Shown piece after piece: positions 1-8,627 of a stretch of DNA of 32,000 bases. Position numbers and translations under genes: made by a program. The stretch comes from Crocosphaera subtropica ATCC 51142 (GTDB lineage Bacteria; Cyanobacteriota; Cyanobacteriia; Cyanobacteriales; Microcystaceae). Within the stretch, counting starts at the first letter, position 1. Each line of letters opens with the position of its first letter. The stretch covers positions 1,320,001 through 1,352,000 of the forward strand of contig NC_010546.1 in assembly GCF_000017845.1 (NCBI RefSeq), written 5' to 3'. The notes under the pieces are model-generated. The model ran no database searches, was not told the DNA's origin, and worked only from the letters and a program-made list of their open reading frames with translations.

Positions 1-1620
1 TTGGAAACAGTCGCACGAAACAAAGATCATTTAATCGTTGGGGTAAGGTTTGCACAAGAAAAAGAAACCCTGAAAACTTTGGATGGCCAAGCAAGAAAGC
101 TAAACCCAGTTAACTTACTTATTACCGCAAATGATCAACCAGTGGCCCTTGCTGGTGTCATGGGAGGAGAAGAAACAGAAGTTGCTGACGGGACGACAAA
201 CATCCTTTTAGAAGCAGCATTATTTGAACAAGTAACGATTCGTCGATCGTCTCGGAGTCAAAGTTTACGCAGCGAAGCATCCGCTAGATACGAACGAGGC
301 ATTAATTACTCTGAGTTAGAATTAGCTTGTCAACGGGCGATCGCTTTAATTACTGAGTTAGCAGGAGGAACCCCTGTGACTCAACAAATAAGTGATCATC
401 GTCCGGATCGATCAGCCGAGTCCATTGAATTACGTCTTGATCGCATTCATCACGTTTTAGGCCCCGTAGAAAAAGATGGCCAAACAACTAACATCGCAGC
501 AGTGGATGTGGAACGCATTTTAAGTGACTTAGGCTGTAGGCTAACCCCCATAGCAGGAGAAAATACCGTTTGGTCCGTCACGGTTCCTTCCTATCGGTAT
601 CGGGACTTAGAACGAGAAATTGACCTCATCGAAGAAGTGGCCCGTCTCTATGGTTACGATCGCTTCTGTGATGAACTGCCTGACAAAACCGAAGCAGGGG
701 GACTGTCCCTTGAATATCAAACCCAACGCAGGGTAAGAGAAGTCTTTCGAGGGGTGGGTTTAACCGAATTAGTGCAATATTCTCTAGTTAAACCCGAAAA
801 AGCAGATATTGTTATTAGTAATCCCTTATTTGCTGAATATTCTGCTTTGAGAACCAATCTTTTAGACGGTATTATCGACGCTTTTGCCTATAACCAGTCC
901 CAAGGAAACGGCGCATTAAATGGCTTTGAAATCGGACGAATTTTCCGACGAATTAACGGAGAAATTGCCGAATGGGATAATATTGCTGGTATTATGGGGG
1001 GTGATTTATTACCCCAAGGTCGCTGGACGAGAAGCGGTAAAGCTGATCCCATGACTTGGTATGAGGCTAAAGGTATCTTAGAAAGTGTCTTTGAACGGTT
1101 GGGGATATCAGTAGAGTATCAACCGGACAGTCAAGACGAACGGTTACACCCTGGACGGACCGCCTCTCTATGGTTATATGGAGAAAGATTAGGGATGTTT
1201 GGGCAAATTCATCCCCAACTAAGACAAGAAAAAGACTTAATCAATGAAGTTTATGGGTTTGAGTTAGATTTTCGTTGTTTATCGAAAGTTCTTAACCAAG
1301 AGAACTTACTCAACCCTCATTTTGAACTGTATTCTACCTATCCCGCAGTGGAAAGAGATTTAGCCTTTTTTGCTGCTTTAGATATTTCTGTTGCAGACTT
1401 AACGAAGACAATGAATAAAGCAGGAGGGAAACTATTAACAGCAGTCGAATTATTCGATGATTATCAAGGAAAAAACGTCCCCGACGGACAAAGAAGTTTA
1501 GCCTTTAGTTTAGCTTATCGTTCAGGCGATCGTACCTTAACCGATGAAGATGTTGAACCGGTTCATGATCAGATTCGTCAAATGTTAGTTAAAGAGTTTG
1601 ATGTTACCCTTCGGAGTTAA
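1..1620 (+). CDS. pheT: Phenylalanine--tRNA ligase beta subunit, C-terminal ~539 aa. The 5' end lies outside the window, so the TTG at position 1 is not a real start.
   Basis: The ORF is open from the window edge to TAA at 1618-1620. The translation shows PheT-like B3/4, B5 and C-terminal FDX-ACB style sequence ([45 protein letters not shown]...[21 protein letters not shown]). Confidence 0.9.
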   Translation: METVARNKDHLIVGVRFAQEKETLKTLDGQARKLNPVNLLITANDQPVALAGVMGGEETEVADGTTNILLEAALFEQVTIRRSSRSQSLRSEASARYERGINYSELELACQRAIALITELAGGTPVTQQISDHRPDRSAESIELRLDRIHHVLGPVEKDGQTTNIAAVDVERILSDLGCRLTPIAGENTVWSVTVPSYRYRDLEREIDLIEEVARLYGYDRFCDELPDKTEAGGLSLEYQTQRRVREVFRGVGLTELVQYSLVKPEKADIVISNPLFAEYSALRTNLLDGIIDAFAYNQSQGNGALNGFEIGRIFRRINGEIAEWDNIAGIMGGDLLPQGRWTRSGKADPMTWYEAKGILESVFERLGISVEYQPDSQDERLHPGRTASLWLYGERLGMFGQIHPQLRQEKDLINEVYGFELDFRCLSKVLNQENLLNPHFELYSTYPAVERDLAFFAALDISVADLTKTMNKAGGKLLTAVELFDDYQGKNVPDGQRSLAFSLAYRSGDRTLTDEDVEPVHDQIRQMLVKEFDVTLRS

Positions 1621-1790
1621 AAAAGTTAATTAATGTAGGGTGGGTTACGACGAATGGTTAGATTCTAGTTATAACTTAAATTATCGCCGTCTAACCCACC
1701 AATTTAATTTATGCTAATTTAAGATCATCCGAAAAGAACTTTAAAAATTTAATTTTAGTTGTCTCATCTTATTCCTAATAGTTTAAAATT

Positions 1791-2060
1791 ATGCCGAAAT
1801 ACATTTTATTTGGTGATTACTGCGAAAATGCTTTAGAAAAAAGAACCCCTTACCGTCAAGATCATTTAGAGGGTTTAAAACAGCAAAAAGAAACAGGAAT
1901 TTTAGTTACTATTGGACCTACTAAAGATAATACTAAAGTTTTCGGGATTTATGATGCAGAAAATGCCGAACAAGTCACAGAATTAATTGAAAATGATCCC
2001 TATTGGAAAAATGGAATTTGGACAGATTACGAAATAAAAGAATGGATACAAGCTTTTTAA
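1791..2060 (+). CDS. YciI-like small protein (89 aa)
   Basis: ATG ORF. Its size and sequence pattern (FGDY...R.PYRQDHLEGL......G......GP......FGIYDAE..E....L...DPYW) resemble the YciI/dimeric alpha-beta barrel family as I remember it. Confidence 0.55.
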   Translation: MPKYILFGDYCENALEKRTPYRQDHLEGLKQQKETGILVTIGPTKDNTKVFGIYDAENAEQVTELIENDPYWKNGIWTDYEIKEWIQAF

Positions 2061-2074
2061 GATTTTTTAGAAGT

Positions 2075-2671
2075 TTATTCTTCTAGTTCAATTTGAGTTA
2101 AAACATTTTCTAGCCACGCTGCAGGAAAATCATACTTTATACAATAAAAAATAAAAAGAATTGGTGTAACTATGATAGACATCCCTCCGAACCAATTACA
2201 CTTTAATATTTGTAGAATATCTAAAGTCATTAAAAGTTGTTGAAAATTACTATCAGGTAGACAACCAATAAAAATACCACCCCAAAGAAGATCGATAATA
2301 AAATTTAGGGGTTTACCTTCTCTTCTATAATATAAAATTGCCCTTGTTAAATTTTCTTTTGCTTGTTTTCGATAACTTTCTAACTCCTTTTCTTGACTAG
2401 AGTTTAATAACCTATAAATTCTCAATTGAAATGGTTTAAACTGACTGGAATTTTGCGGGTTATTTGACATTTCTGACTGTACATAACCTAAATAATATTC
2501 TGAAACACCTTTCCAAAGATTATCCCATCCTATTTCGAGTTTAGGAGTAAACTTAAGCAACGAAAAAGGAATGGTAAATAAACATATCATAGAAATACAA
2601 ATAAAAATCACTTTCGTAAGAGGATCTCTCTTTTGCATATCAAATACAAGAGAAATAATAATAATAATCAA
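2075..2671 (-). CDS. Hypothetical multi-pass membrane protein, AT-rich, start uncertain
   Basis: 198-aa ORF with several hydrophobic segments. The track start is TTG. The hydrophobic coding frame continues upstream to a TAA near 2795 without any ATG/GTG/TTG, so the 5' end may be damaged. Confidence 0.4.
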   Translation of the reverse strand: MIIIIISLVFDMQKRDPLTKVIFICISMICLFTIPFSLLKFTPKLEIGWDNLWKGVSEYYLGYVQSEMSNNPQNSSQFKPFQLRIYRLLNSSQEKELESYRKQAKENLTRAILYYRREGKPLNFIIDLLWGGIFIGCLPDSNFQQLLMTLDILQILKCNWFGGMSIIVTPILFIFYCIKYDFPAAWLENVLTQIELEE

Positions 2672-2844
2672 CCAAATAAATGCTAAAACAACAAAATTAA
2701 GATAAGGATTAAGGAATAGATAATGTCTAAAACTTGACCAATAACCACGTCTTTGTTGAAGTTTATCAATAAACTGTTGTTTATAATTATTTTTTGTCTT
2801 TTATTATTATTTTCATTATTGTTTGATTGTGGACTTTGAAATTA

Positions 2845-3544
2845 TACCAAATCCGCTTATAATAGTAGAGTAAAAACTTCGTGAATCTCAATGCCTAAAC
2901 AAGCTTTCATTGCTCCTCATTTAAGTACAGAAGAACTTAAAGAAAAATATCGCAAGGCGAAAGACTCAGTAGAAGCTAGAAGGTGGCACTTTTTGTGGAA
3001 AGTTGCTAATGGTTGGACAGTCAAAAATAGTGCCATAGCCGTAGGAATTAGTAATAGTTATGGATGGAAAATTTTAAAAAGCTATAGTACAACATCGTTA
3101 CGAATGGTTATATGTTTATGGATTTGTGGAACCCAAAACAGGAAAAACCTTATGGTACTTAATACCGAGAGTCAACAATAAATGGTTAAGTTTAGTCTAT
3201 GAAGCTTTTGCTGAAGACGTAGGACTTAATAAAGATAAAATAATTTTTTTAGTTGAAGATAATGCGGGGTGGCATCGAAGCCAAAAACTTAAAATTCCTA
3301 ATGGAATAATAGTAGAATTTTTACCAGCTTATTCTCCAGAGCTACAACCAGCCGAAAGATTATGGACTTTGGTAGATGAGCCTTTGGTTAATGAGTATTT
3401 TGAAACAATTGAGGAGATAGAAGATATCCTAGCCATACGTTGTTGTCTGCTCCAAAATATGACTGAAGAAATCAAAAACTTGACCAATTATCACTGGCTT
3501 AAATACTCCTAATTATTTGTCTACTTTCTAAAGCGGATTTGGTA
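2845..3544. mobile_element. IS630-family insertion sequence, internally deleted (~0.7 kb, where I recall full elements being about 1.1-1.2 kb), with intact terminal inverted repeats and a TA target duplication
   Basis: The left end ccaaatccgctt(a)taatagtag (2847-2868) matches the reverse complement of the right end ctactttctaaagcggatttgg (3521-3542). Of about 22 positions, 12 are perfect and the rest partially match. TA flanks both ends (2845-2846 and 3543-3544). The interior encodes IS630 transposase fragments. Confidence 0.75.
2891..3512 (+). pseudogene. IS630-family (DDE) transposase, disrupted by loss of the central part plus a frame change near 3085-3095
   Basis: The N-terminal HTH part (MPKQAFIAPHLSTEELKEKYRKAKDSVEARRWHFLWKVANGWTVKNSAIAVGIS) is in one frame. 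The C-terminal DDE part (HRYEWLYVYGFVEPKTGKTLWYLIPRV...LVEDNAGWHRS...LPAYSPELQPAERLW) is in another. The intervening catalytic region carrying the first two acidic residues is absent. Confidence 0.75.
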
Positions 3545-3549
3545 TTATT

Positions 3550-3768
3550 GGTGATATTACGAATATTGAAATTATTGCGACTGGAACAGGTATTCGTAAC
3601 CGATCAAGATTATCTAAAAAATATGGTAAAGGAAAATGGCGAAAATTAAAGGGCATTGCTCAAGTTCAATTACCTAATGGTACAATTAGAGTAGCTGAAA
3701 TCCATTAGTATGAGGCGCATGGTATTGGCAAAAAAGAAGTTAAGATCAAGTTACCTTTTTTAGATTAA
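3550..3768 (+). pseudogene. C-terminal remnant of a conserved toxin-like small protein, with an in-frame TAG replacing a Trp codon
   Basis: The frame starting at 3550 reads GDITNIEIIATGTGIRNRSRLSKKYGKGKWRKLKGIAQVQLPNGTIRVAEIH*YEAHGIGKKEVKIKLPFLD*. The stop at 3706-3708 sits where the motif HWYEAHGIGK expects W (TGG to TAG). The frame is closed by a TGA just outside the IS630 right end. It is not in the ORF track. Confidence 0.45.
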
Positions 3769-3770
3769 CG

Positions 3771-4007
3771 ATGAAAACAGAATCCTCTAAAATAAATTAT
3801 TTGGCAGTTTGTCTTAATAATAAGGACTACGAAGCTTCTCTAGAAATTGGTAAAATATATCGCGTTATTCCTGATGAAACAGCAGAAGCTAATGAACTCA
3901 TTCGAGTGATTGATGAAAGTGGAGAAGATTATGCTTTTGCCTCTCATCGATTTTATCCTATCGAAGTACCTAAACCAGTCGAAGACGCATTATTATTAAT
4001 TAGTTAG
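3771..4007 (+). CDS. Small hypothetical protein (78 aa), a possible cognate partner (immunity or antitoxin-like) of the upstream remnant
   Basis: ATG ORF starting 2 nt after the stop of the upstream fragment. The acidic motif VIDESGEDYAF is a pattern I recall from small cyanobacterial proteins encoded directly downstream of similar toxin-like genes. Confidence 0.5.
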   Translation: MKTESSKINYLAVCLNNKDYEASLEIGKIYRVIPDETAEANELIRVIDESGEDYAFASHRFYPIEVPKPVEDALLLIS

Positions 4008-4011
4008 AGTT

Positions 4012-4425
4012 ATGACTATACCAACCTTAGTAAAATGGACAATTGAAGACTATCACAACATGATTGAGGCTGGTATTTTAGCACGAAAAAAAGTGGAGTT
4101 AATTGCAGGGGAAATAATAGAAATGACTCCAGAAAAACCCTTTCATCGAAGAGTGACTTTTAAACTTGCTGATTATTTTCGAGAAAAACTAAGAGGAAAA
4201 GCAATAATTTTTGAAGCCCATCCCATTACCCTTTTTGATTCTGAACCTGAACCTGACATTGCTAAGATTAAAGAGTATTGGATTATAGATATCCAAAACA
4301 GTCAAGTGATCATCTTTCAACGACCCAAAAATGATCGTTATTTAAAACAATTTAATGTTACTCAAGGGGTTATTTCTCCCTTAGCTTTTCAGGATATTGA
4401 GATAAAAAGTAACCTCATATTTTAG
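4012..4425 (+). pseudogene. Uma2 (DUF820) PD-(D/E)xK endonuclease family gene with an in-frame internal deletion that removes the catalytic core
   Basis: The N-terminus (WTIEDYHNMIEAGIL....VELIAGEIIEMTPE...H) and C-terminus (EYWIIDIQNSQVIIFQRP) are typical of Uma2. The ~45 residues normally lying between EPEPDIA and EYWIID, which contain the E and K of the nuclease motif, are missing. The junction is near 4263/4264. The product is 137 aa against roughly 185-190 aa expected. Confidence 0.65.
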
Positions 4426-4429
4426 GTTT

Positions 4430-6142
4430 TTAAAAACTAGAATTGTTCAAGGCATATTGAACCAACTGACTCAACTTATACCGTAACGTTTCTAACCCTA
4501 ACCGTTGACTCGCAGAAATAAATACAGCTAAAGGATACTCTTCTTGTGCAATCCGTAGGGTTTCTCCATCTACCGTATCAATTTTGTTAAAGACTAATAA
4601 AATCGGGCCAGGAACTAAAGGCATTTCCTGTAAAATAGTCATCACAGACTGTATATGATGTTGCCAGGCAGGGTGAGATAAATCAACCAAATGTAATAAA
4701 GCATCCGCTTCTGTTACCTCTTCTAAAGTTGCCCGAAATGCGTCTACTAAAGACGGGGGTAATTCATGAATAAATCCGACTGTATCCGTTAACAAAAAAG
4801 TGTAAGGTTGTTGTGTATCACTATCAACACCAGATAAACGACGAGTCGTCGGATCAAGGGTAGCAAATAATTGATCGGCGGTGTACACTTCTGCATTGGT
4901 CAACGCATTGATCAAGGTAGACTTACCCGCATTGGTGTAACCCACGATCGCAATGGTAGGAACCTCCTGTTTTTGACGTTGTTGACGCAGACGGGAACGA
5001 TGAGACTGTAACTTATTCACCTCTTGTTGCAGCCTAGAAATACGCCGTTGAATGCTTCGGCGTTCCGTTTCTAACTTAGTTTCCCCAGGCCCTCTGGTTC
5101 CGATACCACCCCCTAACCGAGACATGGCTTGACCCCGACCCACTAACCGAGGTAACATATATTCAAGTTGGGCTAACTCCACTTGTAGCTTACCAGCCCT
5201 TGATTGCGCCCGTTGTGCAAAAATATCAAGAATAACCTCCGTACGATCAATCACTTTAACCCCTAACTGAGTCTCTAGGTTACGGACTTGGGCCGGAGAT
5301 AAGTCGATGCTAAAGACAACTAAATTGGCCCCCAAGGTTTGCACCCGTAAAGCAATTTCTTCTACTTTACCCTTGCCAACAACGGTTTGAGGGTGGGGAT
5401 GCGATCGCTTTTGTTGAATGGTTTCTACGGTTTCGCCGCCGGCGGTTTCCACCAGTCGTTCAACTTCAGCCAACTCCTCAGCAAAAGTGCGATCGCTCAT
5501 TTTCCCTGTTTGTAACCCTACAATTACCACCCGTTCGTGATCTCCTTCTACCTGTTGGGCTACATATTCCCGACGGAACTCTGCTTCTAATCCTTCTACC
5601 AACCCCAAAAAGTCCTGTTCTGAGAGGGTTTCTAGGGTCATCGGCGGTGAAACTGTCCAATAATAGGTATGGTTAGGGTTAAACTCTGAGGCAGGCAGGA
5701 GATGGGCAATATAAGCGTCTTTAACGTACCCGGTTGCCCCTCCCCCCCGTCGCATTTTTCCTTCAGAAGTAACGGATAACACCACCAAAGTATCGAGGCG
5801 TTGCAGTACCATCGCCGTTAAACTGGACTCTTTCGGGGGGTCATTTTTGAGTTGGGTAGCAATGCAGCGAATACCAGAAAGTCGTTCAGCCCCGTAACGG
5901 GGTAATTCTAAGGCGGGTATTTGGGTTTGTCGAGGGGTTCCCACGCCTACACGAATGACTTGACCTCGACGGTTAACATAGGCGCATACCCCTTGACCAA
6001 TATCGGAACTCACGGCGGCCAATCTTTGGGCAAATTCTGGGGAGGTGAAGCGATCGCCCCGTAGTTTTTGATGATAAAGTCGCTTTAATTGCTTAATTTG
6101 ACTGGGTTTTAACCCTTGCAGGTTTCCATAAATGGTATCGAT
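4430..6142 (-). CDS. hflX: GTPase HflX, long cyanobacterial form. The proposed start is a non-canonical ATC at 6142; the first canonical start is TTG at 6022.
   Basis: G1 GYTNAGKST, G3 DTVGF and G4 NKID are present, with the HflX N-domain and a coiled-coil linker. HflX-like sequence (IDTIYGNLQGLKPSQIKQLKRLYHQKLRGDRFTSPEFAQRL) continues in frame for 40 codons upstream of the TTG. Confidence 0.85.
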   Translation of the reverse strand: MDTIYGNLQGLKPSQIKQLKRLYHQKLRGDRFTSPEFAQRLAAVSSDIGQGVCAYVNRRGQVIRVGVGTPRQTQIPALELPRYGAERLSGIRCIATQLKNDPPKESSLTAMVLQRLDTLVVLSVTSEGKMRRGGGATGYVKDAYIAHLLPASEFNPNHTYYWTVSPPMTLETLSEQDFLGLVEGLEAEFRREYVAQQVEGDHERVVIVGLQTGKMSDRTFAEELAEVERLVETAGGETVETIQQKRSHPHPQTVVGKGKVEEIALRVQTLGANLVVFSIDLSPAQVRNLETQLGVKVIDRTEVILDIFAQRAQSRAGKLQVELAQLEYMLPRLVGRGQAMSRLGGGIGTRGPGETKLETERRSIQRRISRLQQEVNKLQSHRSRLRQQRQKQEVPTIAIVGYTNAGKSTLINALTNAEVYTADQLFATLDPTTRRLSGVDSDTQQPYTFLLTDTVGFIHELPPSLVDAFRATLEEVTEADALLHLVDLSHPAWQHHIQSVMTILQEMPLVPGPILLVFNKIDTVDGETLRIAQEEYPLAVFISASQRLGLETLRYKLSQLVQYALNNSSF

Positions 6143-6163
6143 AGGCCAACCTCCTTACTGTGG

Positions 6164-6532
6164 TTAGTTATTTTGTGTGATTTCTCTATTATAGTGTTGC
6201 ATTTCTGTACTTTGGTTTCCGTATACCCCTTCAATTTGTTGGCGACAACAGTCAATGGCAAATTCGTTAAACTCAGAGGGATCAATTTCATACATGGCCT
6301 CAAAGGTATCGGGTTGTACCCGACAAAAACGGGGACGTTGTTCATAAATCAAGCATTTTCGGGTTTCATGGTCAAAATTAATACACCAACCGTTTTCCCC
6401 CACTAAACTTAAATAATGATCTAATTCTTCTGGGGTTAAATAGTCTTCTAAGTCAGGGCGATCGCCTGGGTCTAATTGACAACAAGCCCCACATCCTTGG
6501 ACACATTGCCATGTTTCTTGTTTAATTTTCAT
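6164..6532 (-). CDS. YkgJ-family (UPF0153) cysteine-cluster protein
   Basis: The N-terminal motif CVQGCGACCQ plus downstream Cys residues (C.NFD....CLIYEQRPRFCR) are present. The ATG at 6532 lies one codon inside the TTG used by the track. The gene ends 21 nt before the proposed hflX start. Confidence 0.7.
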   Translation of the reverse strand: MKIKQETWQCVQGCGACCQLDPGDRPDLEDYLTPEELDHYLSLVGENGWCINFDHETRKCLIYEQRPRFCRVQPDTFEAMYEIDPSEFNEFAIDCCRQQIEGVYGNQSTEMQHYNREITQNN

Positions 6533-6695
6533 CAATGTTAAACCGTTAATCTTGCTGTCTTAATCTTAATATAGAAAACCAAAGAAACACTAAGCATCAT
6601 TCCTTAGCTTTGGGGTTAGAGAGTAAGTTAAGATAAAGTTATTTAATCACCTATAGGATGTATTTCTATGGGTTAATTATTTTCGTAAGAACCTA

Positions 6696-7454
6696 TTGAC
6701 ACAGACAATGATTATGCACCCTCAATTAGAGAAAGCATTACAACAACGTCAAGCCCTCAAAATTATTAGTGGCTTGACAAATTTTGATACCAGTCAAGTT
6801 GCTGCGATCGCAAAAGCAGCCCAAGCAGGAGGGGCAACTTTTGTCGATATTGCTGCTTCACCTCGTTTAGTTCGTCATGTTCGTTCCTTAATTGATTTAC
6901 CCATTTGCGTGTCTGCGGTAGATGCCCAACTATTGGCAGATGCAGTTAAGGCAGGAGCAGATTTAGTGGAAATTGGCAATTTTGATGCTTTTTACGCCCA
7001 AGGACGACGGTTTGAAGCCCCAGAAGTCCTGGAATTAACCCAAACAACCCGTGACTTACTCCCTGATACAACTCTTTGTGTGACCGTTCCCCACATCCTA
7101 CCTTTGGATGAACAGGTCAAATTAGCAGAGGCGTTAGTTGAGGCAGGGGCTAATCTTATTCAAACCGAAGGGGGGACTAGCAGCCATCCCACTCACCCAG
7201 GAACCTTGGGCTTAATTGAAAAAGCAGCCCCCACTTTAGCAGCAGCCTACAGTATTTCTCGCGCTGTGTCTGTGCCTGTCATCTGCGCTTCAGGGTTATC
7301 CACTGTCACTGCACCTATGGCGATCACCGCTGGTGCATCAGGGGTGGGTGTTGGTTCGGCTATTAACCAACTCAATGATGAGGTAGCAATGGTGGCTGCG
7401 GTTCGTTCCCTTGTCGAAGCTCTGCAACAGAGTTCTCTTCACGTTAACGTTTAG
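6696..7454 (+). CDS. Ycf23-like / DUF561 TIM-barrel protein
   Basis: LKIISGLTNFD....V..IAKAAQAGGATFVDIA matches the Ycf23 family N-terminus as I recall it. The true start may be an ATG at 6708 or 6714 rather than the TTG at 6696. Confidence 0.65.
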   Translation: MTQTMIMHPQLEKALQQRQALKIISGLTNFDTSQVAAIAKAAQAGGATFVDIAASPRLVRHVRSLIDLPICVSAVDAQLLADAVKAGADLVEIGNFDAFYAQGRRFEAPEVLELTQTTRDLLPDTTLCVTVPHILPLDEQVKLAEALVEAGANLIQTEGGTSSHPTHPGTLGLIEKAAPTLAAAYSISRAVSVPVICASGLSTVTAPMAITAGASGVGVGSAINQLNDEVAMVAAVRSLVEALQQSSLHVNV

Positions 7455-7465
7455 ATAAGTGATGT

Positions 7466-7488
7466 TCTCCTGATCATAAATCAGGAGA
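7466..7488. terminator. 9-bp perfect hairpin between convergent genes, a possible bidirectional terminator
   Basis: tctcctgat-cataa-atcaggaga lies between the stop of the Ycf23-like gene (7454) and the stop of the nagB-like gene (7497). There is no clear U-tract. Confidence 0.3.
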
Positions 7489-7496
7489 TGTCCAAT

Positions 7497-8264
7497 TTAC
7501 AATAATTTCGCTGATTTTTCATCAAGGAATAAGGTTGTATCGGAATGTTGTCTTAAAATAGAAGCGGGACACTCAGGAGAAATCGCTCCTTGAAGCATCT
7601 GTTTAATGGTTTCTGCTTTGTTTTCTCCTGGGGCTAAACAGATTATTTTTTTTGACGATAAAATGGTAGGAATTGTCACAGTTAACGCATATTGTGGCAC
7701 TTGTTCAAAAGTCTTAAAATGACCCTGACGAACCTGTACCCAACGGGTTTGTTGATCCAATTGTACGATTTTGACCCAATGGGGATCATCAAAATTAGCC
7801 ACTTGGGGTTCATTAAACGCTAAATGTCCATTAATGCCAACCCCTAAACAACACAGATCAATGGGGTATTGTTTGAGTAATTTTGTATAGCGATCGCATT
7901 CTTCTATGGGTTCTAACGCATCGCCAATTAAGTAATTAAATGATTTCGGATGAATCCGTTTTTCTACTCTTTCGTGCAAGTAAAAACGAAAACTAGCAGA
8001 GTTGTCCCCTTCAATGCCTAAATATTCGTCTAAATGTAATAAATTAATCCGTGACCAATCAATTTTTTGAGAAGCAATTAAAATATCGAGAAATTGCAGT
8101 TGAGAGTTACCTGTAGCTAATATAATGGTTGCTTCAGCTTGATTTTCTAAGACCTTGTCTATATATTTTTGACCAATTTGAGCAGCCCCGTGAGATAGGT
8201 TGTCTTGACTTTCATAAATTTGGGTCACTAAAGAATCGATGGTTAATACATGAGGAGATGTCAT
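7497..8264 (-). CDS. nagB: Glucosamine-6-phosphate deaminase / 6-phosphogluconolactonase family protein
   Basis: ILATGNSQ, LLHLDEYLGI and GINGHLAFNEP motifs are typical of the NagB/SOL family. Which member of the family it is remains uncertain. Confidence 0.7.
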   Translation of the reverse strand: MTSPHVLTIDSLVTQIYESQDNLSHGAAQIGQKYIDKVLENQAEATIILATGNSQLQFLDILIASQKIDWSRINLLHLDEYLGIEGDNSASFRFYLHERVEKRIHPKSFNYLIGDALEPIEECDRYTKLLKQYPIDLCCLGVGINGHLAFNEPQVANFDDPHWVKIVQLDQQTRWVQVRQGHFKTFEQVPQYALTVTIPTILSSKKIICLAPGENKAETIKQMLQGAISPECPASILRQHSDTTLFLDEKSAKLL

Positions 8265-8295
8265 AAGCTGGTCGCTTTTTGTTTCTAGTTACTGA

Positions 8296-8469
8296 TTATA
8301 CTTGAGGATCAATTTTTTTCTCAGGCATATCTGGAGCCATTTTCGGTTTTTTGAGAGAATACCCTTGTCTTTCTAAATGTTGTACAAATTGGTCTGAACT
8401 ATTGCCACAATGATTGACTGTCTGAGGATGAGATTTTCTCTCTTTTTTCAATTTAGCTTTTCTTCCCAT
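8296..8469 (-). CDS. Possible small basic protein (57 aa), below the ORF-track cutoff
   Basis: The ATG ORF reads MGRKAKLKKERKSHPQTVNHCGNSSDQFVQHLERQGYSLKKPKMAPDMPEKKIDPQV and sits in the otherwise empty 363-nt gap between the nagB-like and MFS genes, on the same strand as both. Confidence 0.3.
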   Translation of the reverse strand: MGRKAKLKKERKSHPQTVNHCGNSSDQFVQHLERQGYSLKKPKMAPDMPEKKIDPQV

Positions 8470-8627
8470 TTTCTTAACCGCTCTATCAATAGCTTCCTGT
8501 AATTTTACTATACTTAAATCTTTTCTATTCTAGAAATTAATATCACTTAACAGTTCCCGAATTGACTGAAATATTGTCATTGGTTATTGAAGTGAGTTAA
8601 AACAATATTAAATGGAATTCTCATGAA

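Noticed and set aside
1638-1700. Inverted repeat ggtgggtta ... taacccacc downstream of pheT, a possible terminator or MITE
   Set aside because: It has only a 9-bp stem with a ~44-nt loop and no U-tract, which is too weak to call. It may belong to a genome-wide short repeat family, but that cannot be tested here.
5478-5660. 60-aa ORF on the minus strand in an alternative frame inside hflX
   Set aside because: It is an alternative frame of hflX and its Arg/Pro-rich low-complexity product has no support.
6109-6406. ORFs 6109-6345 (-) and 6116-6406 (+) overlapping the ykgJ/hflX junction
   Set aside because: Both overlap the well-supported ykgJ-like CDS and the hflX N-terminal extension. They have no recognisable motifs and implausible composition.
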